Source: Omnitrophica WOR_2 bacterium RIFOXYA2_FULL_38_17 (GTDB lineage Bacteria; Omnitrophota; Gorgyraeia; Zapsychrales; Zapsychraceae). Taken from it: a stretch of DNA of 64,000 nt. A model generated the notes under the pieces. It was not told the DNA's origin and searched no databases. It saw nothing but the letters and a program-made list of their open reading frames with translations. Below are positions 49,483-61,639 of this stretch, piece by piece; positions within the stretch are counted from its first letter, which is position 1, and the number at the start of each line of letters is the position of its first letter. Both the position numbers and the translations under genes were made by a program. The stretch covers positions 5,279-69,278 of the forward strand of contig MHHG01000005.1 in NCBI GenBank assembly GCA_001805965.1, in the 5' to 3' direction.

Positions 49483-50883
49483 ATGGCTAAAACAATGTAT
49501 CAAAAAATATGGGATTCACATTTAGTAAAAGAATCTCATGGGGATATTTGCATAATATATGTAGATAGACAACTAGTTCATGAAGTTACAAGCCCGCAAG
49601 CCTTTGAGGGCTTAAGGCTTTCTGGCAGAAAAGTGCGTCATCCGGAAAATACTTTTGCGACAATGGACCACAACACATCGACAAAAACAAAAGAGCTCTC
49701 TGATATGGAAGAAACTTCTCAGATCCAAATTAATGCTCTTGCAAATAATTGTAAAGAATTTGGTGTAAATTTATATGATCACTTACATCCAGACAATGGA
49801 GTGGTGCATATTTTTGCGCCAGAATTAGGGATAACACAGCCCGGCATGGTTATTGTTTGCGGCGATTCGCATACTGCAACACATGGAGCTTTTGGCTCTT
49901 TAGCCTTCGGTATCGGAACTTCCGAAGTCGAACATGTCCTCGCCACACAAACTTTACAGCAAAACCCTTCGAAGACAATGCTAATAAATGTAAAAGGTGA
50001 GCTAGCAAAAGGTGTGGGAGCAAAAGATATCATCTTATATATTATTGGATTGATCGGAACTGCCGGTGCAACAGGATATGTAATCGAATACGCGGGTGAT
50101 ACGATCGAGGCTCTTTCAATGGAAGAAAGAATGACAATTTGTAATATGAGCATTGAAGCTGGTGCACGTGCGGGAATGATAGCTCCAGACCAAACAACAT
50201 TTGATTACATTAAAGGTCGTGATCTTGCCCCTAAAGGTGATCAATATAAAAAAGCAGTTGAATACTGGAAGACACTAAAAACAGACAAAGGTGCTGTATT
50301 TGATAAGACTTTGGAAATAAATGCATCTGATATAAAACCCCAAGTAACGTGGGGAACAAGCCCTGGTCAAGTAGTATCTATTGATGATACTGTTCCATAC
50401 CCAGAGAATTTTAAAGATCCTACTGATGCTTCAGCAGCAAAAAAAGCGCTTGAGTACATGGGCTTAAAATCAGGATCAAAAATGTCTGATATTTCTATCA
50501 ATTATGTGTTCATTGGTTCATGTACTAACGGACGTATTGAGGATTTGCGAAAAGCAGCAAATATTCTAAAAGGCAAAAAAGTGTCAAACAATGTAACTGC
50601 TTTAGTTGTTCCCGGTTCTGGTAGAGTAAAACGCCAAGCGGAAGAAGAAGGGCTGGATAAGATTTTTATCGAAGCTGGCTGCCAATGGAGATTTGCTGGT
50701 TGCTCAATGTGCCTGGCAATGAACGATGATAAAATGAGCGCAGGTGACAGATGCGCTTCAACAAGCAATCGCAACTTTGAAGGCAGACAAGGTGCTGGTA
50801 GCCGCACTCACCTGGTAAGCCCGCAAATGGCCGCAGTTGCTGCAATTGAAGGTAAAATTGCTGACGTAAGAAAATATTTATAG
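49483..50883 (+). CDS. leuC: 3-isopropylmalate dehydratase large subunit
   Basis: It is collinear with E. coli LeuC, including the motif [12 protein letters not shown]…[37 protein letters not shown]. Confidence 0.85.
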   Translation: MAKTMYQKIWDSHLVKESHGDICIIYVDRQLVHEVTSPQAFEGLRLSGRKVRHPENTFATMDHNTSTKTKELSDMEETSQIQINALANNCKEFGVNLYDHLHPDNGVVHIFAPELGITQPGMVIVCGDSHTATHGAFGSLAFGIGTSEVEHVLATQTLQQNPSKTMLINVKGELAKGVGAKDIILYIIGLIGTAGATGYVIEYAGDTIEALSMEERMTICNMSIEAGARAGMIAPDQTTFDYIKGRDLAPKGDQYKKAVEYWKTLKTDKGAVFDKTLEINASDIKPQVTWGTSPGQVVSIDDTVPYPENFKDPTDASAAKKALEYMGLKSGSKMSDISINYVFIGSCTNGRIEDLRKAANILKGKKVSNNVTALVVPGSGRVKRQAEEEGLDKIFIEAGCQWRFAGCSMCLAMNDDKMSAGDRCASTSNRNFEGRQGAGSRTHLVSPQMAAVAAIEGKIADVRKYL

Positions 50884-50917
50884 AACTAATCTCTGAAAAA
50901 TATACGAGGATAATATT

Positions 50918-51532
50918 ATGGAACCTTTTAAAAAACATACCGGAATTGCTGCCCCATTAGATAGGGCCAATATCGATACTGACGCAATTATACCGAAACA
51001 ATTCTTAAGATTGATCAAAAGGACAGGTTTTGGCAAACATCTGTTTCATGAACTAAGATATCTTGATTATGAAGGCAAAAAAGATAATCCGGATTTCGTT
51101 TTAAACAAACCAGAATATAAAAATTCAACCGTTTTACTCGCAAGGGACAACTTTGGATGTGGATCTTCACGCGAACATGCGCCTTGGGCATTATATGACT
51201 ATGGTTTCAGGGTTATAATCGCTCCAAGCTTCGCTGATATTTTTTACAATAATTGTATTAAAAACGGCATTCTTTTGGTACGCTTAAAGGAAGAAGAGGT
51301 GGATTCTATCTTTGATGAGATCACTTCTAAGCCCGGGACCACAGTAACAGCAGATCTTGGATCTCAAGCAGTAACAACTTCAGGTCGAAAAAAATATACT
51401 TTTGATATACATCCTTTTGCAAAAGACTGTTTATTAAAGGGATTAGATCATATCGGATGGACCTTACAGTTCAGCGATCAAATTAACTCTTATGAAGAAA
51501 AAATAAAAAAAGAAAAACCCTGGATCGTTTAA
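50918..51532 (+). CDS. leuD: 3-isopropylmalate dehydratase small subunit
   Basis: LeuD motifs are present (GIAAPLDRANIDTDAIIPKQFL…GCGSSREHAPWAL). Confidence 0.85.
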   Translation: MEPFKKHTGIAAPLDRANIDTDAIIPKQFLRLIKRTGFGKHLFHELRYLDYEGKKDNPDFVLNKPEYKNSTVLLARDNFGCGSSREHAPWALYDYGFRVIIAPSFADIFYNNCIKNGILLVRLKEEEVDSIFDEITSKPGTTVTADLGSQAVTTSGRKKYTFDIHPFAKDCLLKGLDHIGWTLQFSDQINSYEEKIKKEKPWIV

Positions 51533-51556
51533 CTGTTTGATTTTAAGGAATTTTAT

Positions 51557-52621
51557 ATGTCAGGAAACACTTTCGGAAAAATTTTCAAAATAACGACCTT
51601 TGGAGAAAGTCACGGCCCTGCTATCGGCGTTGTCATTGATGGCGTCCCCCCAGATATAAAAATCTCTGAATCTGACATACAGCATGAATTGAATAGGAGG
51701 CGACCTGGTCAAAGCGATATTACCAGTCAAAGAGACGAACGTGACATTGCCGAAATACTTTCTGGCGTCTTTGAAGGAAAAACGACCGGATGCCCCATAG
51801 CAATTGTTATTCGTAACAAGGACCACAATTCTAATGACTACACCGATATTAAAGACGTTTTCAGGCCCGGACATGCAGATCACACATTCTTTGCAAAATA
51901 TGGCATAAGAGATTTTAAAGGCGGCGGACGCTCTTCAGGCAGAGAAACAGCTGCAAGGGTTGCCGCAGGAGCAATAGCTAAACAGATCCTAAGAGACCAA
52001 GGTATCAGCATTGTAGCTTATACTCTTTCTATTGCTGGTATTCGAGCAAACAATATTGACACTTCTGTAATTGAAAAGAATCCTGTTAGGGCTCCTGACC
52101 TTGAAGCAGCAAAATTAATGGTCGAAAAGATAAATGAAGCAAGAAAGAACAATGATTCTGTAGGTGGGGTCATTGAAGCAATCGTTCACGGATGCCCACC
52201 AGGCCTTGGAGACCCTGTTTTTGACAAGCTGACCGCGCGTTTAAGCTACGCAATCATGTCAATTGGAGCAACTAAAGGCATTGAATTCGGAACAGGCTTT
52301 GAAGCTACATCAATGCTAGGAAGCGAGCATAATGATAATTTGTATTTGGATGGAGATAAGATCAGAAGCACAACAAACCATGCAGGAGGGATCTCGGGTG
52401 GCATTTCAAACGGAGCTAACATAGTTCTGCGTGTTGCAATCAAACCCACATCTTCAATTGCACAAACACAACAAAGCGTTACAGTTTCAGGTAAAAACAC
52501 TAGCCTTGAAATAAAAGGACGTCACGATCCATGCATTTGTCCTAGAGTAGTATGCGTAATTGAAGCTATGATCGCAATAACGCTGCTAGATTCTTTATTG
52601 CTTCAGAAAACAATATCTTAA
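51557..52621 (+). CDS. aroC: Chorismate synthase
   Basis: The N-terminus [24 protein letters not shown] is present, with the [18 protein letters not shown] motif. Confidence 0.9.
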   Translation: MSGNTFGKIFKITTFGESHGPAIGVVIDGVPPDIKISESDIQHELNRRRPGQSDITSQRDERDIAEILSGVFEGKTTGCPIAIVIRNKDHNSNDYTDIKDVFRPGHADHTFFAKYGIRDFKGGGRSSGRETAARVAAGAIAKQILRDQGISIVAYTLSIAGIRANNIDTSVIEKNPVRAPDLEAAKLMVEKINEARKNNDSVGGVIEAIVHGCPPGLGDPVFDKLTARLSYAIMSIGATKGIEFGTGFEATSMLGSEHNDNLYLDGDKIRSTTNHAGGISGGISNGANIVLRVAIKPTSSIAQTQQSVTVSGKNTSLEIKGRHDPCICPRVVCVIEAMIAITLLDSLLLQKTIS

Positions 52622-52642
52622 AACCAACATATATTTTATATT

Positions 52643-53500
52643 ATGTCAGACCCAAAAAATGTTTTAGTTACAGGCTGCTCTAGTGGTTTTGGTCTAATTA
52701 TAGCTACACATTTAGCCAGCTGCGGGCACAAAGTAATAGCTACCATGCGAAACCTTGAAAAACAAGGCGATTTATTAGAAACAGCCAAAGAACTTCAAGT
52801 AAACATAGAAACCCTTCATTTAGATGTAACTGACAACAGTTCTATTTCAGTAGTAAAAGATCATCTGGCTTCGAATTATGGGAACCTTGATGTCTTGATC
52901 AACAATGCAGGCTTTGGCATGGCTGGATTCTTTGAAGACCTTACAGAAAATGATATTCGCAATCAAATGGAAACAAACTTCTTTGGAGTTCAAAATGTTA
53001 CTCGCCAAATGTTGCCACTATTAAAACAAAAAGCAGGCTCAAAAATTATTAATATTTCGAGCGTTTCAGGATTTACAGCATCTCCGGCATTTAGTGCCTA
53101 TTGCTCGAGTAAATGGGCTTTGGAGGCTTTCACTGAAAGCTTAAGATTTGAATTACGATTCTTTGGTGTTGATGTCCTATTAATTGAGCCGGGATCATAT
53201 AAAACAAAGATATTTTTTGAAAACGCAAGGGTAGCAACTAATTTCTATAACAAAGAGAGTTCTTACTACCAATTGTCACAACATTTAAAGAATACAATTG
53301 ATTCAAGCATATCAAAGAACACTAAAGACCCAAAAGATATTGCAAGGCTTGCTGAGCAGCTTATTAATCAAAAAAATCCCCCTTTCAGGAATATTCCCGA
53401 TCTTTCATCAAAACTGATTTATATATTTAGGAAATACTCGCCTTTTTGGTTATATAGCTGGATAATTGAAAAGGCTATGCTTCAAAAATGCAAACAGTAG
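52643..53500 (+). CDS. SDR family oxidoreductase
   Basis: VLVTGCSSGFG is the SDR Rossmann motif. The YCSSK catalytic motif is present. Confidence 0.75.
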   Translation: MSDPKNVLVTGCSSGFGLIIATHLASCGHKVIATMRNLEKQGDLLETAKELQVNIETLHLDVTDNSSISVVKDHLASNYGNLDVLINNAGFGMAGFFEDLTENDIRNQMETNFFGVQNVTRQMLPLLKQKAGSKIINISSVSGFTASPAFSAYCSSKWALEAFTESLRFELRFFGVDVLLIEPGSYKTKIFFENARVATNFYNKESSYYQLSQHLKNTIDSSISKNTKDPKDIARLAEQLINQKNPPFRNIPDLSSKLIYIFRKYSPFWLYSWIIEKAMLQKCKQ

Positions 53501-53520
53501 GAATTTTGTAAACAAAATTC
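53501..53520. repeat. Perfect 20-bp palindrome GAATTTTGTAAACAAAATTC (9-bp arms)
   Basis: Read directly. It lies immediately after the SDR stop and upstream of a promoter-like element for the Na/Pi transporter gene. Confidence 0.6.
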
Positions 53521-53529
53521 TGTTAAATC

Positions 53530-53558
53530 TTGACTTGGCATTAAAATTAATATAATAT
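53530..53558 (+). promoter_or_regulatory. Sigma70-like promoter TTGACT-N15/17-TATAAT/TAATAT upstream of the Na/Pi cotransporter gene
   Basis: The -35 hexamer is at 53530-53535. The -10 hexamer is TATAAT at 53551 or TAATAT at 53553. Confidence 0.4.
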
Positions 53559-53614
53559 TACGCTGTTTTTCAACCAACTCAACGAAAACATATTGATCCA
53601 GATGGAGTGACTAA

Positions 53615-55285
53615 ATGACTGACAATTTTTTCTTTTTATTGATCGGTGGGCTTGGTTTTTTCTTCTTCGGGATGAAAACAATGTCTGAAGGCCTAAAAAA
53701 AGTTGCAGGTGAAAAACTAAAAGGCTTTCTTCACAATGCTACAAAGCTGCCGATTATTGGTGTCGCTGTTGGAGCTTTCGTAACATGCCTTATTCAATCC
53801 TCCAGCGCAACAACTGTTATGGTTGTTGGTTTTGTTAATGCCGGTTTACTATCATTAAAACAAGCCATATCTGTCATTATGGGAGCCAATATTGGTACAA
53901 CCTTTACAGCATGGCTGGTTTCTTCTATGAGCATCTTTGAAATAACAGCATATGCGCTTCCCTTTGTAGGAATAGGTTTTGCAATTATGACATTAGCACC
54001 CACAAAGAAGAATAAATCCTGGGGTGAAGTAATGTTAGGATTAGGAATTCTTTTTATCGGCCTTCATTTTATGAAGGATGCTTTTGGCCCGCTCAAAAGC
54101 AGCGAAACTGCTAAAAATATTATTATTTCGTTCAGTGGAAATCCATGGCTTGGAGGGTTAGTAGGAATGGTCTTTACTTTTCTTTTGCAAAGCTCCAGTG
54201 CTACCATTGCAATCGTCCAAGTCCTTGCATACAACGGTATTATTGATTTTAATGCAGCTGTTCCATTAATATTAGGGGGTAACATAGGCACAACTATCAC
54301 CGCACAACTTGCAGCCATTGGAACAAACCTTAACGCAAGGCGTTCTGCAATGTCCCACACATTATTCAATGTTATTGGTGTTCTATATATGCTTATTTTC
54401 ATATCAATGGGATTCCTTGATAAAGGCTTGAATATTTTTTTACCCGGAAAGATAAATGCCGCTAATATCATGTTCTGTATTGCAATCGCTCATAGCGCAT
54501 TCAACGTTATAAATACAATAATATTTCTGCCTTTTATTTCACTTTTGGAGAAAGCAAGCATTTGGCTGGTACCTAAAAAAGTGGACTCAATTGATTTCGG
54601 AACCCAATATCTTGAAAAGCATCTTCTTGATACCCCTCCTTTGGCACTAGAACAAATCTATAATGAAACAATCTATATGCTTAGCGTAGCTAAAAAAGCT
54701 GTCAGTGGGGCAGTAAACAGTTTCTTTAATAGTGACCTTAAGCTCGTTGATAAAGTTATTGAGCTTGAAACTGTAACAGATAATCTTCAGTCAGATATTA
54801 CACAGTATATAGTAGATCTTTCACAAAGAGATCTTTTACCTGAAGAATCTGCACAGTTACCAGTTTTGATACACAATGTAAACGACATAGAAAGAATCGG
54901 TGATCACTCTCAAGACTTTGCTCAGCTTGCAAAAAGGATCATAGATGACCAGCTCGTGTTCTCTGAAGCTGCGACAAAAGAAATAAAAATAATGTCTGAT
55001 CAAATTGAAGAAATGCTCGCTGAAACATCAAAAGCTCTCATCAATAACGATATTGATATTGCAAAAAGAATAGTATTAAGAGAAAGCCACATAAACAACC
55101 TTCAGGATGAATTCAAGCTATCACATATAGAAAGACTGAACGAAAACAATTGCCATCTAAATTCAGGTTTTATATTTTTAGAGTTAATCGACTCGCTTGA
55201 AAAGATAGGGGACAGGCTCACAAATATCGCGCAAAGTGTTATAGGCAGAATGAAATGGGTGCTTGTTCACAAAGAAGAGAATTGA
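53615..55285 (+). CDS. Na/Pi cotransporter family protein with C-terminal PhoU-like domains
   Basis: Two repeated Na/Pi-cotransporter TM modules are present (…QSSSATTVMVVGFVNAG…, …QSSSATIAIVQVLAYNG…). The C-terminal region is helical and PhoU-like. Confidence 0.75.
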   Translation: MTDNFFFLLIGGLGFFFFGMKTMSEGLKKVAGEKLKGFLHNATKLPIIGVAVGAFVTCLIQSSSATTVMVVGFVNAGLLSLKQAISVIMGANIGTTFTAWLVSSMSIFEITAYALPFVGIGFAIMTLAPTKKNKSWGEVMLGLGILFIGLHFMKDAFGPLKSSETAKNIIISFSGNPWLGGLVGMVFTFLLQSSSATIAIVQVLAYNGIIDFNAAVPLILGGNIGTTITAQLAAIGTNLNARRSAMSHTLFNVIGVLYMLIFISMGFLDKGLNIFLPGKINAANIMFCIAIAHSAFNVINTIIFLPFISLLEKASIWLVPKKVDSIDFGTQYLEKHLLDTPPLALEQIYNETIYMLSVAKKAVSGAVNSFFNSDLKLVDKVIELETVTDNLQSDITQYIVDLSQRDLLPEESAQLPVLIHNVNDIERIGDHSQDFAQLAKRIIDDQLVFSEAATKEIKIMSDQIEEMLAETSKALINNDIDIAKRIVLRESHINNLQDEFKLSHIERLNENNCHLNSGFIFLELIDSLEKIGDRLTNIAQSVIGRMKWVLVHKEEN

Positions 55286-55286
55286 C

Positions 55287-55943
55287 CTAGTACGCCATTC
55301 CCATCCTGTTCCTCAAGAATTCTTCTTTGCTTTTACAAGTCAAATAAATGTTTGATTTCTTTTGTTCTCCTAAAGAATCATATCTCCTTGAGCCATATTC
55401 ATGACCGGAAAATATAATAGTTGAATCATCCAATTTCAACAATTTTTTATAAAGAGTATTATACATCTGATTGGCATCACCTCCATAGAGGTCACATCTT
55501 CCACACCCATCAATAAACAAGGTATCACCAGTAATTAATATATTTTCATGTTTGATACATTGCGAACCTGGAGTATGCCCGGGAGTATGAATAAATTCAA
55601 ATTCAATGCTGCCTATTGCAATTATTGCCCCATCATCAAGGCATTTGACATTTTTATGTTGAGAGCCTAAGAAAGATGATTCGCTCTTTGAAATATAAAT
55701 AGGGACATTGCATTTGGATTGAAGATCGTCAACTGCATTTACATGGTCCGCATGATCATGTGTAACAAAAATAGCTATTATTTTATAACCTTTATCTTTT
55801 GCCTTGTTTAAAATATATTCTGCATCCCAAGCAGGGTCAACAACTGCAATTTCCTTCGATTTTTGATCACCAAGAAAATATAAAAAATTCGACATTGGTC
55901 CCACTTCAAATTGCTCTAATATCATGCCTTGTGGTAATTGCAT
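55287..55943 (-). CDS. MBL-fold metallo-hydrolase (glyoxalase II-like)
   Basis: THDHADH is the HxHxDH metal-binding motif. The length is typical. Confidence 0.75.
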   Translation of the reverse strand: MQLPQGMILEQFEVGPMSNFLYFLGDQKSKEIAVVDPAWDAEYILNKAKDKGYKIIAIFVTHDHADHVNAVDDLQSKCNVPIYISKSESSFLGSQHKNVKCLDDGAIIAIGSIEFEFIHTPGHTPGSQCIKHENILITGDTLFIDGCGRCDLYGGDANQMYNTLYKKLLKLDDSTIIFSGHEYGSRRYDSLGEQKKSNIYLTCKSKEEFLRNRMGMAY

Positions 55944-56098
55944 TTAACCTCCAATTATCCTATCTAGTTGTAAATTTAACAATATTATATATATCATAAT
56001 GTTTTCAGTAAACACACAATATTTAAATATTGTTCTTTTTTTAAGTTGACACTAATATATACTTATCTATAATGTAAAAAATTGTAATAATTACATAA

Positions 56099-57817
<1,719 letters not shown>

Positions 57818-57840
57818 ACACCTAACTAGAAGGAGAACAT

Positions 57841-59019
57841 ATGCGAAAAATTTCAATCTCCGATCTCATAACAAAAAGTATAGACCGGACAAAATTCATC
57901 CTTTTTGATCCGATTTCTTTAAAGAAATGGCTCTATTTGTTATTTATCGCTTACATGGCAGGTGCAATTGGCGGTGGAAGCGGTAGTGGAGGAGGTAATA
58001 ATTTTAGCCCAAGAGAGCGGAACTCAGAAGCTTCCACTAAACAAGAATTTGTAGTTGTTCAAAATAGTAATGTTGATTATAGTCAGCCTATTACGGAAAC
58101 GCAGCAAGTAGAATATCTCGACGAAGAATCTGGATCTTTAAACATGCAGAATAGATCCAAAAATTTTAATTTTGCCAATATGTTTTCGGGAATGTCTCTA
58201 ATCGGCTATATTTTTATATTTATTGGGATCATTATTATTATAGCCCTTATCGTTCTATTTACCTGGCTTTCATCAAGATTCAAATTTATCTGGTTTAATT
58301 CCATTCATAACGACGTTTATGATATTGTTGAACCATTCGGAAGATATCGCGTAGCAGGAAATTCTTTGTTTAAAGTAATGCTTGTTATATCAGTAATTGG
58401 CCTGTTATCTTTTGCAATAATAACTTTTATAACCCTATTCTCAATTCACTCAGCAGGGGCTTTTGATAAGAATTTTGATTGGACATTTTTAATTGGCCTC
58501 AAAATATTTATTGCCCCAATTTTGATATTACTCTCAGTTATTGTGTTTTTTGCGATTTTAACAGTCTGTATTGACCATTTTGTTGTAACTATTATGGCTA
58601 TGGATAAGTGCTTATTTGGTGAGGCCTGGGGGAAATTTGCCAGAATATATAAAGAAAACACTAAAGATTTCTGGCTATATATTCTTGTCCTTATAGGTTT
58701 AGGCATTGCAACCGGAATAATTGCTACAATAATTGCAGTGATCGTGATCATTGCCTTAATGCTGATAGCTGTGATCGTTTTTGGGCTTCTGTTTGTTCTA
58801 TTCCAAATGATAATGAAGGCAAAAATTATATTCGCCATTGTAGCCTTCGCCTTAGGAGTTCCTTTTGCTTTAATAGCCTTTTTAATAATTACATCTATTG
58901 GCTTACCTTTTGCTGTTTTCTTTAGGAACTTTTCATTATATTTTATTTCAAGTCTTGACTGCGGTTATTCACCTTTGGCTTTAGACAATTTTGATGATAT
59001 TAAAACTATAAACTTGTAA
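57841..59019 (+). CDS. Hypothetical polytopic membrane protein with Gly/Ser-rich linker
   Basis: A strong AAGGAGA RBS is present. An N-terminal helix is followed by GGGSGSGGGNNF and then ≥6 TM helices. No family was recognised. Confidence 0.45.
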   Translation: MRKISISDLITKSIDRTKFILFDPISLKKWLYLLFIAYMAGAIGGGSGSGGGNNFSPRERNSEASTKQEFVVVQNSNVDYSQPITETQQVEYLDEESGSLNMQNRSKNFNFANMFSGMSLIGYIFIFIGIIIIIALIVLFTWLSSRFKFIWFNSIHNDVYDIVEPFGRYRVAGNSLFKVMLVISVIGLLSFAIITFITLFSIHSAGAFDKNFDWTFLIGLKIFIAPILILLSVIVFFAILTVCIDHFVVTIMAMDKCLFGEAWGKFARIYKENTKDFWLYILVLIGLGIATGIIATIIAVIVIIALMLIAVIVFGLLFVLFQMIMKAKIIFAIVAFALGVPFALIAFLIITSIGLPFAVFFRNFSLYFISSLDCGYSPLALDNFDDIKTINL

Positions 59020-59032
59020 AAAAGGAGAGACA

Positions 59033-59620
59033 ATGACAGGAACGCAAAAAAGAACTTTAGGCGTAGCTATAGCAAGTTTGGTTTGTGGCTGTTTTTTCAT
59101 TATTCCCTTATTAGGATTTCTACTATCCATTGCAGCTATTGTTCTTGGAATTGTTGCTTTGGTAAAAATAAATAAGAACCAAGAAATGTACCAAGGAAAA
59201 GGACTCGCAATAAGTGGTATTGTCCTTGGTGGGCTTGGTATCTTAATATTGCCTGTAATAGCTTTATTAGCCGCTATTGCAATACCAAATTTACTCAGAG
59301 CAAGAATATCAGCAAATGATGCGCTTGCACAAAGCACACTACGCTCCTTAGCAACTGCATCAGAAACTTACATGACAGCTAATAACGGTGCATATCCTCT
59401 AAGTATTTATGACCTGACCGATGCTGTTCCTCCTTACATCAACACAAATTATTGCGACCAAACCCTGGCAGGATATTCATATGATTGTAATTTTAATGCA
59501 GAAGAATATTCATTTAAGGCAATTCCTGTTAATGAAGGGACCTCAGGCTCTAAAACATATACTATTGTAACCGGGGGAATAATGTCTGAAGAGAATACCC
59601 CTTCAGAGTATTCTTATTAA
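59033..59620 (+). CDS. DUF4190-like membrane domain fused to a type IV pilin / T2SS pseudopilin-like segment
   Basis: The N-terminal DUF4190-like pattern is CGCFFIIPLLG…GIVALVKINKNQEMYQGKGLAISGIVLG. It is followed by AIAIPNLLRARISANDALAQSTLRSLATA, which matches the conserved pilin alpha-1 helix. The GFTLIE prepilin cleavage motif is absent. Confidence 0.5.
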   Translation: MTGTQKRTLGVAIASLVCGCFFIIPLLGFLLSIAAIVLGIVALVKINKNQEMYQGKGLAISGIVLGGLGILILPVIALLAAIAIPNLLRARISANDALAQSTLRSLATASETYMTANNGAYPLSIYDLTDAVPPYINTNYCDQTLAGYSYDCNFNAEEYSFKAIPVNEGTSGSKTYTIVTGGIMSEENTPSEYSY

Positions 59621-59639
59621 ACTTAATTCATAAGTTATA

Positions 59640-61469
59640 TTAGCTAGTTTTGGGAATAGGGACTAATTGAGGGAAAATAGAAGCATTCTCAGACATAAAT
59701 TGTTCTAGTTTTATCTTAAAATGTTTAAGTTCTTCAATAGCCTGTTCTCTGTAATCTTGAGTTTCTTTGACCATTTTAGGAAACAATTCAAAGTAATAGT
59801 TAATTCCATCAATAAGATTATCTTTAAACTCAACCAGGACATTCATTTTCTTTTCTGTAGGCTCACACAGGCATTTTTTAGATTCTTGAATAAAATTATC
59901 AACATACATTCTCAATTCCTGAATGAACATATTTGGTCGTACTTTTGAATTAAGAATGTTAATTCTTCCATAGATATGATCAACCATTTCAGTAAGAGTA
60001 AACACTTTTGAAAAATAGGCTAGGTTTGGCCCCGGACAAATAGCTGTATTAAATTTTGTATTATCCTTATCTAGTCCGCATTTCTTTAGCGCAGACGCTC
60101 CCAGATCATGACAGATGCATGCTTTTTCAACAATACTTTGAAATTTTTCTTTAAAGATCTCCGGCTCTAATTTTAAACCAATTAGTTCTTCTAGTTTTAA
60201 TTTCTGATACTGCCTTGAAGCCGTACAAATAGGCTTTTCAGTAAATTCCGTATTTGTAACTAAATGCCCTTTAAAACAGGGACTGCCGGGCTCACCTTTT
60301 TCAATACGTTCTTTTTTTGCTATTTCACTGAGAGAGCTCTTTAAGTTGTTAAAAAGAACCCCTAGTGGCGAAACATGGCTTAAAAATAGATCTTTTTCAT
60401 CAGCTTGAACCAATTTATCCAAAGTTACTTTATCAACAGTAGTAGCTTCTGGCACAAGAAGAAAGGGGGTACCCCAGCCAGTTTTTACCACATTATAATG
60501 ATCCGCTAAAAACTCATCCTCATTTGCTGTACCTATTCCGCCTTGGGCTGTAATTTTCAGTTCGTGAGGAGTTTGAAACGTTTTTCTATTGTTTAATTTT
60601 AAAGCTTTATTATAAATTTCGTGGAGATTAGCTACCAATTCATCTCTTTTGTTTTTAAACTCTTCTAATATTGGCCCTAATAAAAACCCGTTACTTGCAA
60701 AAGCATGTCCGCCGCAATTCAATCCGGACTCAACTCTATATTCAGATATCCAAAGACCTTTCTTCGCAAAGAACTTACCCTGGATGATAGAAGACCTGTA
60801 ATCGCTAACTTTAAGGATTATTTTCTTTTTTATAAAACCACTTGCATTAGCATAAAAATCTTCAAATTTTTCTACATAAGTATAAAGCGTCCTGTTGATT
60901 CCAGCAGAGAAGACTATGGCAGAATTTAATGTGCTTTTTGCATATCCTCTGAGGGCAGAAAGAGCATCAGAAAATTCATCTGGCAAGACAGCTGCATTCT
61001 TATCATAATTTATCCTATCAAGCTTTGTCATAATATTTACATCAATGCTTCCGGGCTCCATTGCTGACTTAAGCTCATCTTGAAGCTTCTTTTTTAGCTC
61101 AGGGTCTTGCTCACTTAGCATTTTCTTATATTTATTTTTAAGGTGGGATGTATCCTTAAGAAGTTCAAAATATTTTGTTATTTCACTATTTGGCTCAAAT
61201 ACACTTGAACGCACTTTTTCAAAATCACTTTTCACCATTTTATCAAGTAAGTTTAAATAAGCAGTGATTCTACGTGCACGATAGTCTTCATCAAATTTTT
61301 TAATAGGAACATACTCTTCTTTTATCAGGCCACTATAATATTTCCTCATTTCCTCGATCATAGAATCATCCACAAGAGAAATGACTGAGGATATGCCATA
61401 TTTAGCAACTTTGACAGGAGTGTCAATTGTGAAACCTGTACCCATTACAGGGATATGAAATGAATGCAT
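59640..61469 (-). CDS. Hypothetical 609-aa protein (possible TIM-barrel-like core with Cys-rich C-terminal half)
   Basis: It is a long uninterrupted ORF containing GLNCGGHAF and QGGIGT segments, plus Cys motifs (CICHDLG…C, CPGPN, CLCEP). No confident family assignment could be made. Confidence 0.4.
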   Translation of the reverse strand: MHSFHIPVMGTGFTIDTPVKVAKYGISSVISLVDDSMIEEMRKYYSGLIKEEYVPIKKFDEDYRARRITAYLNLLDKMVKSDFEKVRSSVFEPNSEITKYFELLKDTSHLKNKYKKMLSEQDPELKKKLQDELKSAMEPGSIDVNIMTKLDRINYDKNAAVLPDEFSDALSALRGYAKSTLNSAIVFSAGINRTLYTYVEKFEDFYANASGFIKKKIILKVSDYRSSIIQGKFFAKKGLWISEYRVESGLNCGGHAFASNGFLLGPILEEFKNKRDELVANLHEIYNKALKLNNRKTFQTPHELKITAQGGIGTANEDEFLADHYNVVKTGWGTPFLLVPEATTVDKVTLDKLVQADEKDLFLSHVSPLGVLFNNLKSSLSEIAKKERIEKGEPGSPCFKGHLVTNTEFTEKPICTASRQYQKLKLEELIGLKLEPEIFKEKFQSIVEKACICHDLGASALKKCGLDKDNTKFNTAICPGPNLAYFSKVFTLTEMVDHIYGRINILNSKVRPNMFIQELRMYVDNFIQESKKCLCEPTEKKMNVLVEFKDNLIDGINYYFELFPKMVKETQDYREQAIEELKHFKIKLEQFMSENASIFPQLVPIPKTS

Positions 61470-61639
61470 AAAACTAACCTTTTTATCTTATTGTAATAAA
61501 TAATTTATTATATATTACCTTGATTATTAATAATTTCAAGTTTTAAAAGTTTTAATAATATTTTATGGAAATTGCAATATTTGATTATTTGTATTAGAAT
61601 GTTTTCCTAGTCAAAACACAATAACACTATTTTTTTTAT

